From NCBI RefSeq assembly GCF_006345805.1, contig NC_043012.1:47616001-47680000 (forward strand): DNA of 64,000 nucleotides. The letters are read 5' to 3'. The stretch's first letter is position 1; every line of letters begins with the position of its first letter. The notes under the pieces are model-generated. The model was given only the letters and a program-made list of their open reading frames with translations, ran no database searches and was not told the DNA's origin. The DNA is from Octopus sinensis. Lineage: Eukaryota. The translations under genes were made by a program, and so were the position numbers. Shown in pieces: positions 1 through 13,667 of this stretch.

Positions 1-16
1 TGTGACGTCAATTAAT

Positions 17-52
<36 letters not shown>

Positions 53-197
53 ATATAATATATATATGCTTATATATGAATATATGTACATGTATATATA
101 TATATATATATAATATATATATATATATATAATATATACAAACATATATAGAAAACGTACAAGTAGACCGTTAGAATGTATACAGGATTTCTTTAAG

Positions 198-421
198 TGT
201 GAATTAAGCCTGCTATTGCTTTCATGTTAAGAAGAGTGGGAAAATATCGAAGCATCTTAAAAAATTTTCAAGCCGATCATGTGGAGAAAAGTGTACGCCT
301 AAATTTGGGAAAATATTCTGAAATGAAGGTGAACACCTTTCACCGGCTTGAAAAATAGTCATGATACTTGGATATTTTGCCACTCTTTTTAACATGATAA
401 CTATGGTAGTCTTAATTCACA
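198..421. repeat. Fold-back element: 78-bp imperfect inverted arms (198-275 / 344-421) between (TA)n tracts
   Basis: Left arm TGTGAATTAAG...TTTTCAAGCCG is the approximate reverse complement of right arm CGGCTTGAAAA...CTTAATTCACA; TA-rich microsatellites at 1-140 and 430-540. Confidence 0.85.
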
Positions 422-448
422 AATAAAGCATGTATATATATGTATATA

Positions 449-501
<53 letters not shown>

Positions 502-958
502 ATATATATATATATATTATATATATATATATATATATACCTTATAAACAAAGGCAATAGAAAATTATTTCAATGCCAATATGCTGAGAAAGACTTTAAA
601 TCATCATTTCCACATTTATAATATACATTCACTATAGATACATGTCGTTCTGGCATTGATATAATGTTTCCATTGCCCTTGTTTATAGTTGTTTAAAATT
701 TTAACATTTATACGCATTTTGATAAGCTGCCACTCTTGATGAATTTTTTCTGAAAAAAATTTTATCCTATATCATAATTTATATATATATATATATAAAT
801 TATTTAAGTAATTATTTAAACCTTGGAGATGCACGTGGCAGTATGCCTATTGAAGCACTTACACTATCTATAGCTTTTTGATGTTAGCCACAGGTTTGAT
901 ATAAGCATCAATGGATCTGCCTCAGGAATTCCTCACTGTCCATCGAGTATATAATATA

Positions 959-1029
959 AAATGAAACAAAAAATAGAATTCACGATGGTCTATAAAAGAC
1001 CATCGTGAATTCTATTTTTTGTTTCATTT
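959..1029. repeat. Perfect 33-bp palindrome with 5-nt loop
   Basis: AAATGAAACAAAAAATAGAATTCACGATGGTCT-ATAAA-AGACCATCGTGAATTCTATTTTTTGTTTCATTT; arms 959-991 and 997-1029 match base for base. Confidence 0.95.
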
Positions 1030-1331
1030 ATATATATCGTTTCAACTCATTTTGCATCGGTCACTCGTGGGAAAGATACTGTAAAGCAGGTTACAATGCA
1101 TCATTCGGCGCCTGTTAAAAGATCCTCTCTCAATAAACTCGGCTTAGCTCGGTTCAACGACATACATTATAAAAGAACAGAGCAAAATCGCGTTTATCGA
1201 GCGAGGTACCTTTTGAAAAGTCCCCGGACAACACACATCGGCACCTCTACCATCAGGGACTGATGCAAAATGGGTCGAAATGATCGTTGTGATTGATAAT
1301 CATGAGAATTCCATTTTCTTTTTCTCCCTTT

Positions 1332-1374
<43 letters not shown>

Positions 1375-1933
1375 TGTGTGTGTTTGCGTGTGTGTGTGTG
1401 TGTAAATATATATTTAAATATGCATATAAAGATATATACATGAACATATATGCGCGCGCACACAAACACACACAGACGTAACTATATATTTGAACATAGA
1501 GATATATTTGACATCTGACTAGATAATCGATGTGTAAGAAGTTAATCTTGTGTAACATCAAATAAATACGATTTTTCTTTTCGTTTGTTTACTGAGTAAT
1601 GGGAACTGGTGTCGCAGCGACCTAAATGATCAGAGTCAAGGCATTATGATTACCTTCGTTTCAGTTTTGTCTTGTTTTGCTTTTATTTTGCATTGAATAG
1701 CAAGTTACCTACAAACTGGAAGGTAAAACGGTTTGATTTTATAAAGATGATAAAACAACAACTTATTTATAAATTTTAGTGGTACATTTGCAAAATGTAA
1801 TTACGACAAAGCTGATTCAAATACTATTGCTACTCCCCTGAATAGTTGTAATAATAATAATGACTAGCTTAAGGTGACCCGCTCTACGCGCGGGTAAGAA
1901 TGTGGTTGTTACATTTCTGTTGCTTCCTTTCAG

Positions 1934-2250
1934 CACGTAAAAAGCACCATCCGAACGTGGCCGATTGCAGCGCCGCCTTGACTGGCTTCTGTGCCGGTGG
2001 CACGTAAAAAGCACCAACCGATCGTGGCCGCTGCCAGCTCCCCGGGCACCTGTGCCGGCGGCACGAAAAAAGCACCCACTACACTCACAGAGTGGTTGGT
2101 GTTAGGAAGGGCATCCACCTGTAGAAACACTGCCACATCAGACTGGAGCCTGGTGCAGCCTCCTGGCTTCCCAGACCCCGGTCAAACTGTCCAACCCGTG
2201 CTAGCACGGAAAATGGACGTTAAACGATGATGATGATGATGATGATGATG
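1934..2250 (+). mobile_element. Short retroposon / RTE-type 3' end with (GAT)n tail
   Basis: GC-rich island with three GCACGTAAAAAGCACC-like sub-repeats, an AGGAAGGGCATCC motif, and end GGACGTTAAACGATGATGATG; (TGA)n tails are typical of RTE-mobilised elements. Confidence 0.7.
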
Positions 2251-2575
2251 ATTCTCCCTCTTTGTTTCTCTCTCCTTTCTCTCTCACTTTCCCACTCTCT
2301 TACTTTTCTTTTCTCTCGGACTCTCCCTCGCTTTCTCTTACTCTCTATATTTATCTATCTCTCTCCCATTTATAAACAACAAAAGATCTTGAGTAAGTTG
2401 AGAAATAAAATATTTAGAAAGATCAATCATAAATATCAGGCAGTGACAACGGAAAGGTCTGCTTCAAGGCAGACAGCAAAACACTAACATTTAAAAAGGA
2501 CAGACGAACCTGCGAGCTGAATAAAAATAATAAAATATTGGAAACCAAAGTTTGAAGGGATAGAATATGAGGATA

Positions 2576-2828
2576 GTAGAGTCACCATGGCTGGCATTTC
2601 TTAACGACGGACAGCAACGTATTGACAGTTTAACGGCTGGCGTAAAATTTTGAACTTGGTGTAAAAGAAAATTCCTAAACACCAAATTTTGAAGTGATTA
2701 TTTCTCCCGACAGTAGACTCACCATGGCAAGCATTCAAAACTTCTTCATCATGGACGGCAACACATTGACGATTAAAAGGCTGGCGCAAATTTTTTAGCT
2801 CGATGTAACAGAGAATTCCTAAACACCC
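2576..2828 (+). repeat. Two diverged tandem units (~137-bp period)
   Basis: GTAGA(G/C)TCACCATGGC...GGCTGGCG...AATTCCTAAACACC occurs at 2576-2683 and 2713-2827. Confidence 0.75.
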
Positions 2829-3894
2829 GCTCCTTTAAATTTTAATCCCCTTCCAGCCCCATTTAGACCCCTTTTTCACATTTTGGTTAATATAACCCGA
2901 TTTCATTTGGGTCTACTGGGGCCACATTTTATAAGATGAGGAATTTTGTCCTAGAGGTCACGCCTTTCATTTGAGGAAAAAAATAGTTGTCATGCAAACT
3001 TGCCAGCACTTTTAACATAGGTGTGCATATTTTCATTTGCAGGTTCTATTCCATCTTGAACACGTTCTCTTATCTGTTGCAAATACTCACTGTATTCCAT
3101 TTGAATCATATTTTGCCTCATACGTTTCTGCTCCCGTGTAACATTCTGGTACTTCGTCTCTCTATATCTCTTTAGATAAGTGCCTATACTGTCTCATTCT
3201 TTCTCTTGTTAGCTTACATCATCTGTCATCCATATTTTATAAACAACAATCAATTTCCAATGGATCAAATGATCAATAATTGCACTTATGCGCAATATAG
3301 AATGCAATATATATGTGCTACATAATAAATTTATTTCAATAACGGTAACAAGGTTTTCCACTATTCTCTGATCACCGCTACCTCCACCACCACAAGAACC
3401 AGCGATACAACCATCAGCACCAGTACCACCACAACCATCACCACTATCCCATCATTTTCTCCCACCACTACTTCTATGACCACTACTATCGTCATTATAC
3501 TTTGGTCACATTCCTTAGTCTAAGTTTTTTGACAAACAAGATTATTTTCATTTTCTTTCTGTTCAGTTCAGCCGTTTGTTTATATGTACTTCTATTGCTG
3601 TCGATGTATCTATCTAATCAGACAATACAAAATTCGAATTACAAATTAAGAAAAAAACATCTCCGGCTATTTTACTTAGTTATTTCACTTTTATTGTAAA
3701 ACCTATCTTTTGAACCTATCTATAAGCTTATTATTATATCTAAAATATGCCTTATTTCCACCGTCACCCATCGATGTATTTGCCGATGTGAATAGATTGA
3801 AAGATAAAAAATACGAAAATTTGAATATTAAAATCTTATTTTCATCAGTCACAATAATATACGATGTTTAAAACGTTCATGTGCTAAAAGCATT

Positions 3895-3933
<39 letters not shown>

Positions 3934-4340
3934 CCTCCCTCCCTCTCTTTCTCTTTCTCTTCTTTTCTCTACTTCTAACTTCAACGAAACTTTTAACCAT
4001 GTAATTCCACTCTTCATGTCGTTGTCTCTTCCGTTTTTCTCTTTCTCATTTTCTCTCGTTTCCACCTAACCGTGTGAGAGCGTAAAGCATCAGCTGGCAT
4101 AGCCTCACTTCTCACACTTGATCTGCCTCTCATTGTAATATAACTGCCCTTCACTCTGTCTCTATCTATGTATTTTAACCTCACTACCAAAACTTGGATC
4201 CTCTGATAATCATTGTCTTTCTTAGTAACATTTTAACCGCATAAAATCTATTTCGTTTTCTCATTATCGTCTTTTTTTCTCGTTCTTCGCCTCTTCCTTC
4301 AGTCAACCACATGACCGAGTAACGTGTATCATTATACAGA

Positions 4341-4345
4341 TGATG

Positions 4346-4385
<40 letters not shown>

Positions 4386-4416
4386 TAATAATAATAATAA
4401 TAATAATAATGATAAT

Positions 4417-4454
<38 letters not shown>

Positions 4455-4476
4455 CAATAATAATGATAATAATAAC

Positions 4477-4550
<74 letters not shown>

Positions 4551-4588
4551 GTATTATAATTATTATTATTATTTCTATTGTTATTAAT

Positions 4589-4620
<32 letters not shown>

Positions 4621-4621
4621 T
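4341..4621 (+). repeat. (AAT)n/(ATT)n/(CAT)n compound microsatellite
   Basis: Direct reading; it explains the poly-N/I/Y/D ORFs here. Confidence 0.97.
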
Positions 4622-6077
4622 AATGTTGTTTTTGTTGATGTTGCCATTATTAATATACAAGCAGGAATGTGTTAGGGCTTATCCAGATGTTTAGATAGTT
4701 GTTCATCCAGCTACATTTTGCTTTCAAATCCTGTCTATAGAAATTATCGGTATAACTTATCAAAACATTGTTCAAGTACAAGCTACTAATATATTGAATT
4801 TATCTACCACGTTCATAAAACGCTGCTAAACTAATCCCAGTCACGCGTCTACTGTCTTTGCGAATAGAACTTATTTTCCGCTTCTCCAAATTTCTCTCAC
4901 TAAAATATAAGTTCTTTCTCCTTACCATAAAAATAGATTGATAAAACAGAAACAACGATTTTAATAATTATATATTATGTTCATTCATCAAAAGTCCAAA
5001 ATTTCCAGGCAACTTACACGACTGCAAGTTATTCTTATATAATTTATTGTCCATCCCTTCAATAAATATGCCGCAAATCGACCTCAGCAGAATGTTAACT
5101 TGGAATAAATCCACTATTTTTACCATTTGTTTGCTCTTGAGTTGGTTGGTATTAAAGATTTGAATTGTTATTTCATACTTTCCCTGAACTTTAATGTCAA
5201 ATTTCCATTTGACTTTTCAATCAATCGAGTAATCGAAATTGTGTAGGAGCAATATTGAGAAAAAAATAAGAGGGTGGAGATGTATCATTTCATAATCTGT
5301 ATAATTGAATATTGGATATTGCATGGAAAACATTGTCTGATATTGTGCATAGTTCACATTTGGACATTGTATATTATCGAATATAGAACTTTCATATTGA
5401 TACAAACATTCAGATTAACAGTTGTCCTATTGGAGAATAAATCGAATGAATTTTACTGATAGAGAATGTTAATGTCAATCAGACTTAAAATACATATACA
5501 TCTGAGGTGTCAACGTCATAAGAATGTATCAAAAAATCAAAGTTGATAGTGAGTAGTTGAACTTAGATACAATACAGAATTAACAAATCAATATGGTATG
5601 AAGTCAAAAGTTTAGTCTATTGATGCTATTGGTTGCTAACAGTTAAATATCACCAGTGAATATCGTGGATTAAAAACATCCATTTCCATTTCTAAATTTA
5701 CGTTAAAAGCTTTCAGCCTTAGAAATACAGTTTTTAGATGTGGAACATCTGAATACATTGAGTTCAATACCCACTGAGATTGCATTTATCTTCCTTCAAT
5801 TTACAGGCGTCGAAATACATCAATAATCCACCGCCTTTAGAATACTTCTTTCTGTAGTTATATAAAAAAGATAATAATTTGTTCATATTAATAGTATGCG
5901 CATTAAACGTTGTAAATGATTAACATTAATTGAGAGATTTCTGGAAGACCCAGTGTTCTTGAAACTTTATATATCTTAGCAAACGATAAGTCCTTAATAA
6001 CATATATTCATGCATACACACATATTGTTGCTGCTTTGTTAAGTTACGTATTAAGACAATTTCAAATTGAATTGAAT

Positions 6078-6415
6078 GAAGGTGGCTAGCTGGTAGAATC
6101 CTTACTGCACCAAGCTAAATGCTTAGTGGCCTTTTTCCACTTTATATTCTGAGTTCTAATGCTGCTGGGGTCGACTCTGCCATTCATCATTTCAGGGTCG
6201 ATAAAATAAGTCTGCCAAAATTTGTAACCAATATTAAATTGAATGACGGCGGTGACCGGGCAGAACCTCTTGCAAGCCGGGTAAAATCCTTAGCAGTATT
6301 TTACCTGTCTTCATGTTCAAATTCCGCCAAGGGTCAACAGGGTTTTCATGGTTTAAGAGTCTATGAAATTTGTTCCAAGTCGAGCACTCGTGTCAGATCC
6401 AACCAATATTAAATT
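6078..6415 (+). mobile_element. Two head-to-tail degenerate tRNA-SINE (family A) copies
   Basis: GGTGGCTAGCTGGTAGAATC...GAGTTCTAATGC...GGGTCGATAAAATAAG, then GGCGGTGACCGGGCAGAAC...GTTCAAATTCCGCC; each ends in AACCAATATTAAATTGAA. Confidence 0.7.
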
Positions 6416-6487
6416 GAAGAATTAATTGGCTGCATTTTCATTGACCAGATGGAAAAGTTTGAGAATGGATTTGAAGTTTCGTATTAC

Positions 6488-6582
6488 CAAACCCAAACCT
6501 TGGAGTACGTATAATAGTGCTACTGGATATTAGTACTATTAGTACTATAGTACTATTATACGTACTCCAAGGTTTGTGTTTG
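6488..6582. repeat. 35-bp inverted repeat hairpin (MITE-like)
   Basis: CAAACCCAAACCTTGGAGTACGTATAATAGTGCTA vs TAGTACTATTATACGTACTCCAAGGTTTGTGTTTG: 2 mismatches, 25-nt spacer. Confidence 0.9.
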
Positions 6583-7128
6583 TGCATTTTCCGCGTGTAA
6601 GTAGGTAATTAAATAAATTGGATCCAACAAGAAGCGCTACTGTTGGACATTTATTTTTTAATCACAGCAATTGTTTCGACGCAACGCACTTCACCAAGTG
6701 TGCAGATACTTTATTATGCCACTGCTTCTGTACATTATGATATCTAGTGTTTCCTCAGGCGATATGAAAATATTGTCTCTGTAAGTTTAAAATCCCCGGC
6801 TTCAAGCGCCTGAATTTATCAGTAGTCACTAAGCTTATCAGGGTGTTTTGCTGACAAAAGGCCGTTGGCAAAGTGCTACGAATCTGTACATGTAGTGAGA
6901 TGGTGATTCTGGTACAGTTTAAGTGGTTGCCACTTTAAAGAGATTGGTAATTTATTCCTTGGTACTGCTCATTTTGCTTCATGGCTGGTTAAAACATGAG
7001 ATTGTCTTTAGATGGCCTTTAAGATTCAACGCTCGGACACATACACGCATACAGGCGCGCACTATATACATACATATATATTTATATATATATATACATT
7101 TCCTTTTATATACATAATGCATGCATAC

Positions 7129-7219
<91 letters not shown>

Positions 7220-7789
7220 ATATACATCTAGATATCAAAATACATTCATATATACACATGCTTACATATACGGATATACACGCGCTTTCAATTACATACA
7301 CATATATAAACAAACCTACACTCTCACGCATATACATTCACAGATGCCCGTGTATCTAAACACATGCTAATCCCCCCACACACACATACATATATCCCTT
7401 ACATACACACAGGCACAAACTCGCACACATAGATATGTATATATATATTCCCAAACATATACACACATACAGGCATATATGCGCGTATACTCACACATAT
7501 ACATATATACAAACATATACACGCATGCATTATATATTTATATGTATGGGTGTTTGTGTGTGTGTGTGTATACAAGTAGATATATAGATATGTGTGTAAT
7601 CGTGTGTATGTATGCACGCACGAGCATCTGTGTACGTACATGTGAGTGAGTGTAGATAGGTTTATAAAAGTATATATATGCGAATGCGCGTACATATCCG
7701 CGTATGTGAGCGTTTGAATATAATCGTGTGTATATACATATCTATATACATACACACATACACAGACACACATATGGTAGACGGAAATT

Positions 7790-7943
7790 GCCACTTCAGT
7801 TCCCGTCTACGAAATCAGTCACAAAGCTTTGGTCGGCCCGACGCTGTATAAGAAGACACTTGCCCAAGTTGCTACACAGTGGGACTGAACCCGGAACTAT
7901 GTGGTTTGGAAGCAAGCTTCCTACCACATAGCGAATCCTGCAC

Positions 7944-7945
<2 letters not shown>
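7790..7945 (-). mobile_element. tRNA-SINE family B, 5' part
   Basis: Minus strand GTGGTAGGAAGCTTGCTTCC...GGGTTCAGTCCCAC...CTTGGGCAAGTGTCTTC; same family as 21852-22268. Confidence 0.85.
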
Positions 7946-8009
<64 letters not shown>

Positions 8010-8412
8010 ATTAATCAATAGGGTGGCAAAAAATTCAGCAGAAATTATTTGCCACCAGCGGCCTAGTGGGAAAGAAACAAATAGTCAGAGACTATTAATA
8101 ATAAATTCAACAGCATAGTTGGTGCTACCTCGTAGAAAGTAGTGGTGCAGCCTCGTAGAAATATCTGTCCCATCTGGCTTACTTTACTGATGAATTTATT
8201 GGCCTATGGAAGATTAGCTTGATTTAATTTAATCAAGTTGATTTACCATTAAAAAATAGACGAAACGATGCATTGTATAAAGTATTACAGGGTAAATATT
8301 TTTTAAAAATTTTCTCCTGGTTTACGGAATTAATATTGTTTTGCGGTTGAAGCCTTGGCTGCTATTTCTAGTGGGTTGAGCGGCCTATTATGGCCGTTCC
8401 TAAATTTTGCTG

Positions 8413-8455
<43 letters not shown>

Positions 8456-9409
8456 CTATGAAGAATATATTGTATAAAGGATCGTAGGTAAGGCCAGAGC
8501 AATGCGAAGTAAATGCAAGGCAAATCACAAGAAAACAAAAATACAAATTTAAACTTACCTTGTATTCAATATTTCGGGTTTATGACGCAATTTTCAAGAA
8601 ATTGACGAATGTTGCCGATGTGCGTGTGTGGAGTGGACATGCGCGGAAAGGTGTTGCTATAGCAACTACCTAGCTTCCTGTAACTCTCTTCCGTTGTTGA
8701 TCTTAGGTATCTTTTGGCGTAAGAGGATGATTCCAAGGTTGCTCCTGTTCCGTTGGTTTGCCTTGTGGTGCAATGTGAATTCCCACGAAATCACAGTGCA
8801 CATCAATAATGATGCTAGAAGTCTGCTAAACACGATATGCGTGGTATATAATTTCAGTTGCCATCTAGAAATTTATGTATTTTAAGAGAAGTGTTAACGG
8901 AGTATGCATCCTTATATCTGAACTCTAGTAACTCGTTGTATTACATAGCAGCATAATAAATCTACTCGAAATATTATCATGTGAAATCATTTCCTACGAA
9001 TTCATTGTCGATGAATGCAAACTATAAAAACCACCTCTAAAAATTTAATCAAGATGGTAAGTTTAGAAGTGTGTTGAAATGGTATATACTGAAGGCCTGT
9101 GGAATAAAAAACGTAGAAATTTTAATTTGAAAACGACTTAAACTATATGGCACAAAAATGTTTTCAACAGCACATGCCCGTACAAAGAAGTTCGCAAATA
9201 ACATATACGCACAAGCACATACAAAGCATATACCTAATACCTACCTACATACATACACACAGTCACACACAGACACACGTATATGTATTTGTAAGATTCC
9301 TAATGCGAGATCGTGTTTTGAAATATTATTATACTTGGGGATGATCATCTTTCGTCAATTAACACATACACTATCTATTTGATCTTCACTTCTGTATATA
9401 TATATATAT

Positions 9410-9464
<55 letters not shown>

Positions 9465-9531
9465 ATATATATATAACATATATATATATACATATACATA
9501 TATATATATACATATATATATATACATATAC

Positions 9532-9576
<45 letters not shown>

Positions 9577-9577
9577 C

Positions 9578-9644
<67 letters not shown>

Positions 9645-9779
9645 TCATTCTTTGGATTACCACTAATATTATTATTCATAATATCCTTATATATACATAT
9701 TATATAAATATATATCCAATAGTGAACAGTTATATATAAAGGATAAAATCATTTTTAATAGCTTGTTTCCAGCAACAAG

Positions 9780-9850
9780 CCATGAGGATCGAATTCACAC
9801 CCGTCAAATATCCGGTTGGAGTGCTCTACCCTTTAACATACACTGCTAAC
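9780..9850 (-). mobile_element. Degenerate tRNA-like SINE head
   Basis: Minus strand AAAGGGTAGAGCACTCC...GTGAATTCGATCCTC (A-box-like and B-box-like); no full cloverleaf. Confidence 0.45.
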
Positions 9851-10222
9851 CGGCAAATTACTGTGCAATTATAGAAGTTATAAAGTCATCCAGAAACGCT
9901 AGATGTCATACAGATTATGTCATATGTAAACAAGCATAAGTTTGTTTTTGAAGCGTTGAAATATATTAAGGAACAAGTCAAAAAATATAGTGTTTTTGAC
10001 ACACAAATACTGAACGTTATATATAAAGACTCATATTGCCGTTCAATGCTCGAAATGAGGAGTATATAGACAGTCGATAACTGATGACGGGTCGTTCTTT
10101 GTATTACTTGTGCGGTTTTCCATTTGTTTCTCTCGTTGCATATTGAACTCATTTGTTTTCGTAGTTCAAGTTGTTTACTTAAGGTGTCGTGCTGTATCCA
10201 TATATATATATATATAATATAT

Positions 10223-10292
<70 letters not shown>

Positions 10293-10294
10293 TA

Positions 10295-10341
<47 letters not shown>

Positions 10342-10347
10342 ATAATA

Positions 10348-10577
10348 GGCGGCGAGCTGGCAGAAACGTTAGCGCGCCGGGCGAATGCTTAGCAGTATTT
10401 CGTCTGTCGTTACGTTCTGAGTTCAAATTCCGCCGAGGTCGACTTTACCTTTCATCCTTTCGGGGTCGATAAATAAAGTACCAGTTTCGCACTGGGGTCG
10501 ATGTAATCGATTTAATCCCTTTGTCTGTCCTTGTTTGCCCCCTCTATGTTTAGCCCCTTGTGAATAGTAAAGAAATA
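10348..10577 (+). mobile_element. tRNA-SINE family A, near full length
   Basis: GGCGGCGAGCTGGCAGAAACGTTAG (A box), GAGTTCAAATTCC (B box), core GTCGACTTTACCTTTCATCCTTTCGGGGTCGATAAATAAAGTACCAG resembling the Deu/Nin SINE core, tail GTAAAGAAATA. Confidence 0.92.
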
Positions 10578-10599
10578 TATATATATACACATACAGACG

Positions 10600-10790
10600 C
10601 CATGATAGATCGTTGGCCACTACACACATTTTTTTTTCTCTCCTTGTTTTCTTTGTTCATTTCAGTAGAAGAGCGTAGGCTCGAAACGTAAAAAACTTTT
10701 TCTATTCCTGAGTGTTATACTAATACATCTGTTTGTTTTGTACACCACACCTTCTTCGTCTTTTGTTATTTTTTTCGTACTCTCTACTTT
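10600..10790 (+). mobile_element. Short PLE-like non-coding element with degenerate hammerhead motif
   Basis: CAGTAGAAGAGCGTAGGCTCGAAACGTAAAA at 10663-10693; homologous to 24931-25137; TA-rich flanks. Confidence 0.65.
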
Positions 10791-10850
10791 TATATATATA
10801 CGTATGTAAGTATGTATTATATGTATATATATATATTATTTATGTTATGT

Positions 10851-10926
<76 letters not shown>

Positions 10927-11789
10927 AATATACTTATTTATTTTATACGTATTTATAATACACATACCTATCTATATGCTTACATACAAAAGACGTATCA
11001 TCATCAACACCAAATGTCAATTTGTAACGATAAACAAACATTGCAGTTTTATTCCTAATTAACATTATCATTATCTTGATTGACATCATTCATCAGTACA
11101 ATCGTCCGCATCATTATTTTCATGAATCTGAAACACTAGTCCAAGTGTTAACAGAAGCATTACAATCCAAAGAGCATGGAATCTTCTGTAATTGGTACTC
11201 ATAGCAATTTCTTTTATAGACAAGTAATCGCAAGATTAATATATAAGGTGAAGTGACGTTTACACTCGAAAGAATTATACTTTTATTATTAGCAATGAGT
11301 GAAATTACTGACGAACTAGACGACCCTTATGCTAACCACAGAATTATTTTAAACTGAAATATATTTGTTTTATTGTGTGTTGTTTAACCCTTGAATAGCT
11401 CTGAATGTACAGTTATAACACCATATGTGTTACAACCATAACGTTGTGTGTATGTAATATCCAGGAGTATTTTATTCACGTATAGCTCCCCATCTTTTGT
11501 ACTGAATGGAATGATGCATGGAAGATTTAGTTACTATTTCTAGAAGGTTCACCGTTTTCTGGAAGGCTTCATCGTTTTTATTTTATTTTTTCTGGGTGAT
11601 TAGTGAGTTACCTACCCTGATCCCTGCTTGGATTCGAAACTAGGTCAGGGACTCAAAATTTCCACACTGTGTAGTTACACCTCAACGTGTTCCGCTCATT
11701 AGATGAAGCAACAGCAGAAAGCAACATAAAATCAAGATTCGTAAATGGAAAAATGATTATAAAGAGCAAAAGCTGCGACGGCGACAGCA

Positions 11790-12560
11790 ATAATAAAAAC
11801 GGTTTTTTGTTGCAGCAAAACAGTCCTACAGTAACAACAGAGAAATAATACCAGCCACAAAAACAACAGCAACAGCAACCAGAATAACAAGAACAGCGAT
11901 AGCAACGACATCGATAGAATTGACAGCATTAGTCTTAGCAATGTTAAAATAGAAGAAAAATAAATTTGAGCATCAACAACAACAATCCAAAGAGCAACAA
12001 CAACCACAAAACCCAATTAGATTCAACTCTATCATCATCATCATCGTCATCATCATCATCATCATCAGCATCATCATCATCATCATCATCATCATCATTA
12101 TCATCATCATCATCGTCATCATCATTACTACCATTACCACCATCAATCCCACCACTACCATCACCATCATCATCGTAGTCGTCGCTGTTGTTGTCATCAT
12201 CATCATTGTCATCACAAACAACAATAACAGCATAAACCACAACTACAATAAACAGTAAGAAAATGCAGCAAGAAACAGCACGTGCCAACTGAAAGCTATC
12301 GGCAAAATCAATTTGAAAATCTACGTTGGATTCGAGTAATCAGAAAACAAACAGTAAATTGATAACAACATACAAACAAGCAAGAGAGTCAATGTTAAGA
12401 ATACGAAAACAATAAATAAATATATAGAAACGAGACTGAACAATAAGAACAGCAACAATGAAAACAACAACGGTAATAATAAGTTCAATAAAAAATTAAA
12501 AAAAGAATACAATAATAAAATAAGCAACAACATTTTAAAGAACAAGAATAAAATAACAAC
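11790..12560 (+). repeat. (CAA/CAG)n and (CAT)n low-complexity tract
   Basis: Direct reading; source of the poly-S/D/M ORFs. Confidence 0.9.
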
Positions 12561-13253
12561 AATTACGTGAAGGAAAGAAAAAATATAAGGAAAGGCTGAA
12601 GTTCTCTGTTCGGCAAAATTTCAATTTACTTTTGCTCTTTTGCCTGTGTCGGTTTACATTTTATTTTTTATCGTTTTATTTTTGTTGCTCTTTTGTTTTC
12701 TTTAAAGTTGCTAAATCAAAATTTTATCTGTTATTCTTATGTCATAAACGAACGTCAAAACAGTTTCTTTTTAATTAATTTCTAATTATGGTTTTCACTG
12801 ATTCTAACATTTTCTGTTTTATTTGATATTTGCCTTTTAGATTTCCATTATTGTATTCATTTAGTTTTTGCTTTCATATTTCCAATTTAATTAAATATTA
12901 CATTATATTTATCTATTTTATTAATGAATTATTATTTATATTGTCTAAATATTTATTTTTATTTCTTGCAATTCTTTCCATTTTTCTTAATAATTAATAT
13001 TGCATTTTAATTCCAGCGGCTTTGCGACATTTTCACCAAAACAAAAACCCTCTTTTTGCTTTCTATTCCTATAATTTCATGTCATTATTCCTACGGTTTA
13101 CGTTATGAATTAAACCTTGACATTTGGTTATTTGTTACCTATGATTATTTAACAAATCCTGCTGTTGTCGGATCAACACAGGATCATCGATGAAAAACTG
13201 CGAAACATAGTGGCCATATATACGCATGCATACACATAAAAATGGGTGTATAC

Positions 13254-13307
<54 letters not shown>

Positions 13308-13387
13308 TGTCTGTATATGTATATGCACATATATATATAGTAAATATATGTGTAAATATAATATGTATATATATGCATATATATACG

Positions 13388-13420
<33 letters not shown>

Positions 13421-13445
13421 CGTATATATATGTATATAAATATAT

Positions 13446-13496
<51 letters not shown>

Positions 13497-13522
13497 ATAT
13501 ATGTAAATATATATATATGTAA

Positions 13523-13560
<38 letters not shown>

Positions 13561-13595
13561 GTATATATATATACATATATATTCATATATATACA

Positions 13596-13667
<72 letters not shown>

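Noticed and set aside
1255-1295. CTGATGC...CGAAATGATCGTT, hammerhead-like
   Set aside because: A9 is absent, and neither stem I nor stem II can be paired
8559-8864. Minus-strand segment with strong donor (AAG/GTAAGT) and acceptor (TTTCTAG)
   Set aside because: All three frames contain stops and no homology is recognised; at most a non-coding exon or terminal coding piece
11612-11652. CTGAT...CGAAACTAGGTC, hammerhead-like on the plus strand
   Set aside because: G8-A9 are missing, and the minus strand reads TTTCGAATCC, a tRNA B-box, which explains the GAAAC
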